From an uncultured Chloroflexia bacterium (GTDB lineage: Bacteria; Chloroflexota; Dehalococcoidia; DSTF01; JALHUB01), in assembly GCA_963726245.1 (NCBI GenBank), contig CAVSBT010000032.1, forward strand, positions 1 to 29,662: 29,662 bases of DNA, written 5' to 3'. Below the pieces are notes generated by a model. It was not told the origin of the DNA, ran no database searches, and saw only the letters and a list, made by a program, of their open reading frames with translations. Below, piece by piece: positions 27,557 through 29,662 of the stretch; the stretch's first letter is position 1; each line of letters opens with the position of its first letter. Position numbers and translations under genes: made by a program.

Positions 27557-28102
27557 ATGAACATGACCAAACGTGATATCGCAGACATCGTCCTGGTGTG
27601 GATGGCGGTTTCATTCATCCTTGCACTTCTCACCAGCATCCTGACACTCGGCTCAATCATCGGAATGCCTGACGAGCAATCGAAGTTCATGACGACATCT
27701 GTTGCCCTCGTATTCCAGGTCCTTCATCTTCTAGTCGTTGCGTTCTTGATTTATATCCTACTGTTCAAGCGCAACCTCGTGCTGAATATCGTCTTCCCAG
27801 ACGCAGAGGGAAAGGAGCTGTCAGTCTCGGATGGCCTGACAGCTCTTACGTCCTACGTATTCTGGATCCGTCTTCTCGGCATCTTCACCCTGTTGTCTTC
27901 AGGAATAGGGTTCTTCGCCGATCTCGTAAGCGGATTGGCCATGAACAGACAATTTGTGATCGATTCGTTCTGGAAGGTAAAAACGTTCCCGCACATTGTC
28001 TCTGCAATCCTCGCATTCGTTGTCATCTGGAAAGCAGACTGGATCGCGAACAGACTGGAAAGAATAGGATCGTCCAACAAACCGGATGCAGACGACGGCT
28101 GA
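27557..28102 (+). CDS. Cassette 7: membrane protein (181 aa, ~4 TM)
   Basis: GGAGG RBS before ATG 27557; four hydrophobic segments; the ORF reads into attC7. Confidence 0.8.
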   Translation: MNMTKRDIADIVLVWMAVSFILALLTSILTLGSIIGMPDEQSKFMTTSVALVFQVLHLLVVAFLIYILLFKRNLVLNIVFPDAEGKELSVSDGLTALTSYVFWIRLLGIFTLLSSGIGFFADLVSGLAMNRQFVIDSFWKVKTFPHIVSAILAFVVIWKADWIANRLERIGSSNKPDADDG

Positions 28103-28130
28103 TAGCCGCGCCTGATCCGCAACGTTATAA
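28072..28130 (+). other. attC site 7 (59 bp)
   Basis: R'' GTCCAAC, stem CGGAT(G)CAG / CTGATCCG, apical CGGCT...AGCCG, R' GTTATAA. Confidence 0.88.
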
Positions 28131-28138
28131 GCAAGAAA

Positions 28139-28546
28139 ATGAAAAATACAAACTTCAAGATCATATTCGTTGGCTTGCTTCTCGCGCTGGGCAGTTTTTA
28201 TTTGATCACCTTTATACATACCCTGCTTGATCTGTTGACACAAATTAGGCTCAAGAAACCTTTAAATGCATATCTTTTGTGGGGTTATTCCCCCATGATC
28301 GTATCAGGGATATATATTGGTTTTTCAGGAGTAAGGGAAAAGGTACTTAATGGTGCGCTTGTCGGTGCACTATTTTATTTCATTTTATGGTTGATAAGCG
28401 ATGTCTTGATACCAGCTCCACATTTTGATCATTCATTTAAACCCTTATCTTTTGGCCTTGGACTTGTGCGCAATGGATTTGTATGCTCTATCGTTGCATG
28501 GCTAACCTATACCGTTTTTAAAAAAAGAAGACGGGAAGTCAGGTAA
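28139..28546 (+). CDS. Cassette 8: membrane protein (135 aa, ~4 TM)
   Basis: Four hydrophobic segments with Gly-rich motifs (SGIYIG, NGALVGAL) and a basic C-terminal tail. Confidence 0.8.
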   Translation: MKNTNFKIIFVGLLLALGSFYLITFIHTLLDLLTQIRLKKPLNAYLLWGYSPMIVSGIYIGFSGVREKVLNGALVGALFYFILWLISDVLIPAPHFDHSFKPLSFGLGLVRNGFVCSIVAWLTYTVFKKRRREVR

Positions 28547-28558
28547 GAACACATCATC

Positions 28559-28648
28559 TTATAACAAAACAATCAACCCGACGCGGAACAAGCCTCGTTT
28601 GGTTTTATCATAATTGGTTGGCCGCGCGGGTTATTCTTATCGTTATGT
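28559..28648 (+). other. attC site 8 (90 bp)
   Basis: R'' TTATAAC, L'' AATCAACC, CCG(A)CGCGG / CCGCGCGG, L' GGTTATT, R' GTTATGT. Confidence 0.92.
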
Positions 28649-28679
28649 GAAATAAAAGAAGTAAAATGAGGAGAACCAT

Positions 28680-29008
28680 ATGGCTAATTTTGCCCATTTC
28701 TTTTCTCTTTACGCGGCCTGGGTTTCAATTCCCTGCTTAGCAATAATCAGCATTATGTTTTGCATAAAACAAAGCACTAAAGAAAGCCTGATATTTGCCT
28801 CAGGAATAGTGCTCATAGCGATCGGATCATTGATTCAGATCTTTTCTCCCTTCGGAAGAATTACAATGGATGAAGCGGGAAGACTATTGTCATCTTCGGG
28901 ACCACCTTAATTTGGTACGCCGGAAGTATTATTACGTCTATTGGCCTTATTGTTACAATGGTTGGGTTTGCAACAGTTACTTGGAAAATAAAAAGAAAAG
29001 CCACATAA
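28680..29008 (+). CDS. Cassette 9: small membrane protein (~109 aa, frameshift near 28905)
   Basis: GAGGAG RBS; ORF 28680 continues after a one-base shift as LIWYAGSIITSIGLIVTMVGFATVTWKIKRKAT*, with the stop inside R''. Confidence 0.7.
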
Positions 29009-29093
29009 CCAATCAATCAAGGCGATGGGGAATAAACCTGTGCGGTTTTTTGCAAGGGCCGGTTGCCCCCGCGCCTTATTTCAATCGTTAGAC
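29003..29093 (+). other. attC site 9 (91 bp)
   Basis: R'' ACATAAC, L'' AATCAAGG, GGCG..GGGG / CCCC.CGCC, L' CCTTATT, R' GTTAGAC. Confidence 0.9.
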
Positions 29094-29103
29094 CCAGAAG
29101 AAT

Positions 29104-29414
29104 ATGAAAGAATTAATAAATAAGGGGATAGGTTGGTTACTTTATGTATTAATTTGTAATCGTGTGCTCTTCCTCATAGCCGGTGGCGTAGGTTTCTTAT
29201 CAGGGGTGCAGAACTCAACATTTTTGTCGAGGCAATTATACTTTTAGTGATAATTGCTATATCATTTTTTTTGGCCATTCAAATAAATAAAAGGATTACT
29301 GCGGTTCTAGAAACATTACCATTTACAATTCGGCTTGTCTTGACTGTATGTGCTTTATTATCGCTTATTGTTACTTTGCCTCTGCTCATAAATGCGTTAC
29401 CTGATAGAATTTAA
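29104..29414 (+). CDS. Cassette 10: small membrane protein (~103 aa, frameshift near 29215; absent from the ORF track)
   Basis: MKELINKGIGWLLYVLICNRVLFLIAGGVGFLSG joined to FVEAIILLVIIAISFFLAIQINKR...LLINALPDRI*. Confidence 0.65.
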
Positions 29415-29419
29415 GAAAG

Positions 29420-29508
29420 GTCTAACCGTATCAACCTGACCGCGGAATAGCCGCGTCAGATTTTTTTACAACGGTGATTGCCGCCGCAGGTTATACAGAT
29501 CGTTAGGC
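29420..29508 (+). other. attC site 10 (89 bp, short R''-L'' spacer)
   Basis: R'' GTCTAAC, L'' TATCAACC, L' GGTTATA, R' GTTAGGC. Confidence 0.85.
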
Positions 29509-29514
29509 AAGACT

Positions 29515-29662
29515 ATGAAAATAAACCGATTCAGTATTTTTCTGGCGATCATGGTTTGCAGTCTCGTGAGCGCTGGCTGTCGAGACGTAATAACGTACTC
29601 CTTCTCGCCTTCGCCGGATGGCAGCGTCATGGCCTCAATTAAAAGCGTAAAATAAGGGCCTT
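29515..29662 (+). CDS. Cassette 11: putative lipoprotein, incomplete at the window edge
   Basis: MKINRFSIFLAIMVCSLVSAG-C signal peptide with lipobox; in-frame TAA at 29653-29655 may be real or a frameshift artefact. Confidence 0.55.

Larger units (their letters stand above)
23255..29662 (+). mobile_element. Integron gene-cassette array (10 attC sites, 11 cassettes; no intI/attI in window, CALIN-like)
   Basis: Ten imperfect palindromes running from an inverse core (..AAC) to a core (GTT..) separate single same-strand ORFs; each cassette's core is complementary to its own inverse core. Confidence 0.95.

Noticed and set aside
24234-29508. Recurring palindromes as a CRISPR array or terminators
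   Set aside because: They are not identical repeats, the intervening segments are gene-sized, and they show attC R/L box architecture.

Overview
The window has two parts joined abruptly at ~23265. Positions 1-23265 are high-GC bacterial chromosome rich in carbohydrate and redox genes: a PHP hydrolase-GH38-GH4 cluster, enoyl-CoA hydratase, DinB, a DUF433/PIN toxin-antitoxin pair, SDR, ACT-malic enzyme, a DUF1080/TIM-barrel/Gfo-Idh-MocA 3-ketoglycoside-type operon, a GH2 beta-glucuronidase-like enzyme, nitronate monooxygenase, a PHP lipoprotein, an epoxide hydrolase and a truncated esterase. This part also carries REP-like palindrome doublets and several gene remnants. Positions ~23265-29662 are a much more AT-rich integron gene-cassette array: 10 attC sites and 11 same-strand cassettes (first and last incomplete), with no integrase or attI in view. 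Cassettes encode a GH26-like hydrolase, a YjhP-like methyltransferase, a HEPN-like protein, a secreted Ca-binding protein, several small unknown membrane proteins and a lipoprotein. Many genes carry single-base frameshifts, most likely unpolished long-read errors. All product calls are from motif recognition by eye; no database searches were run.
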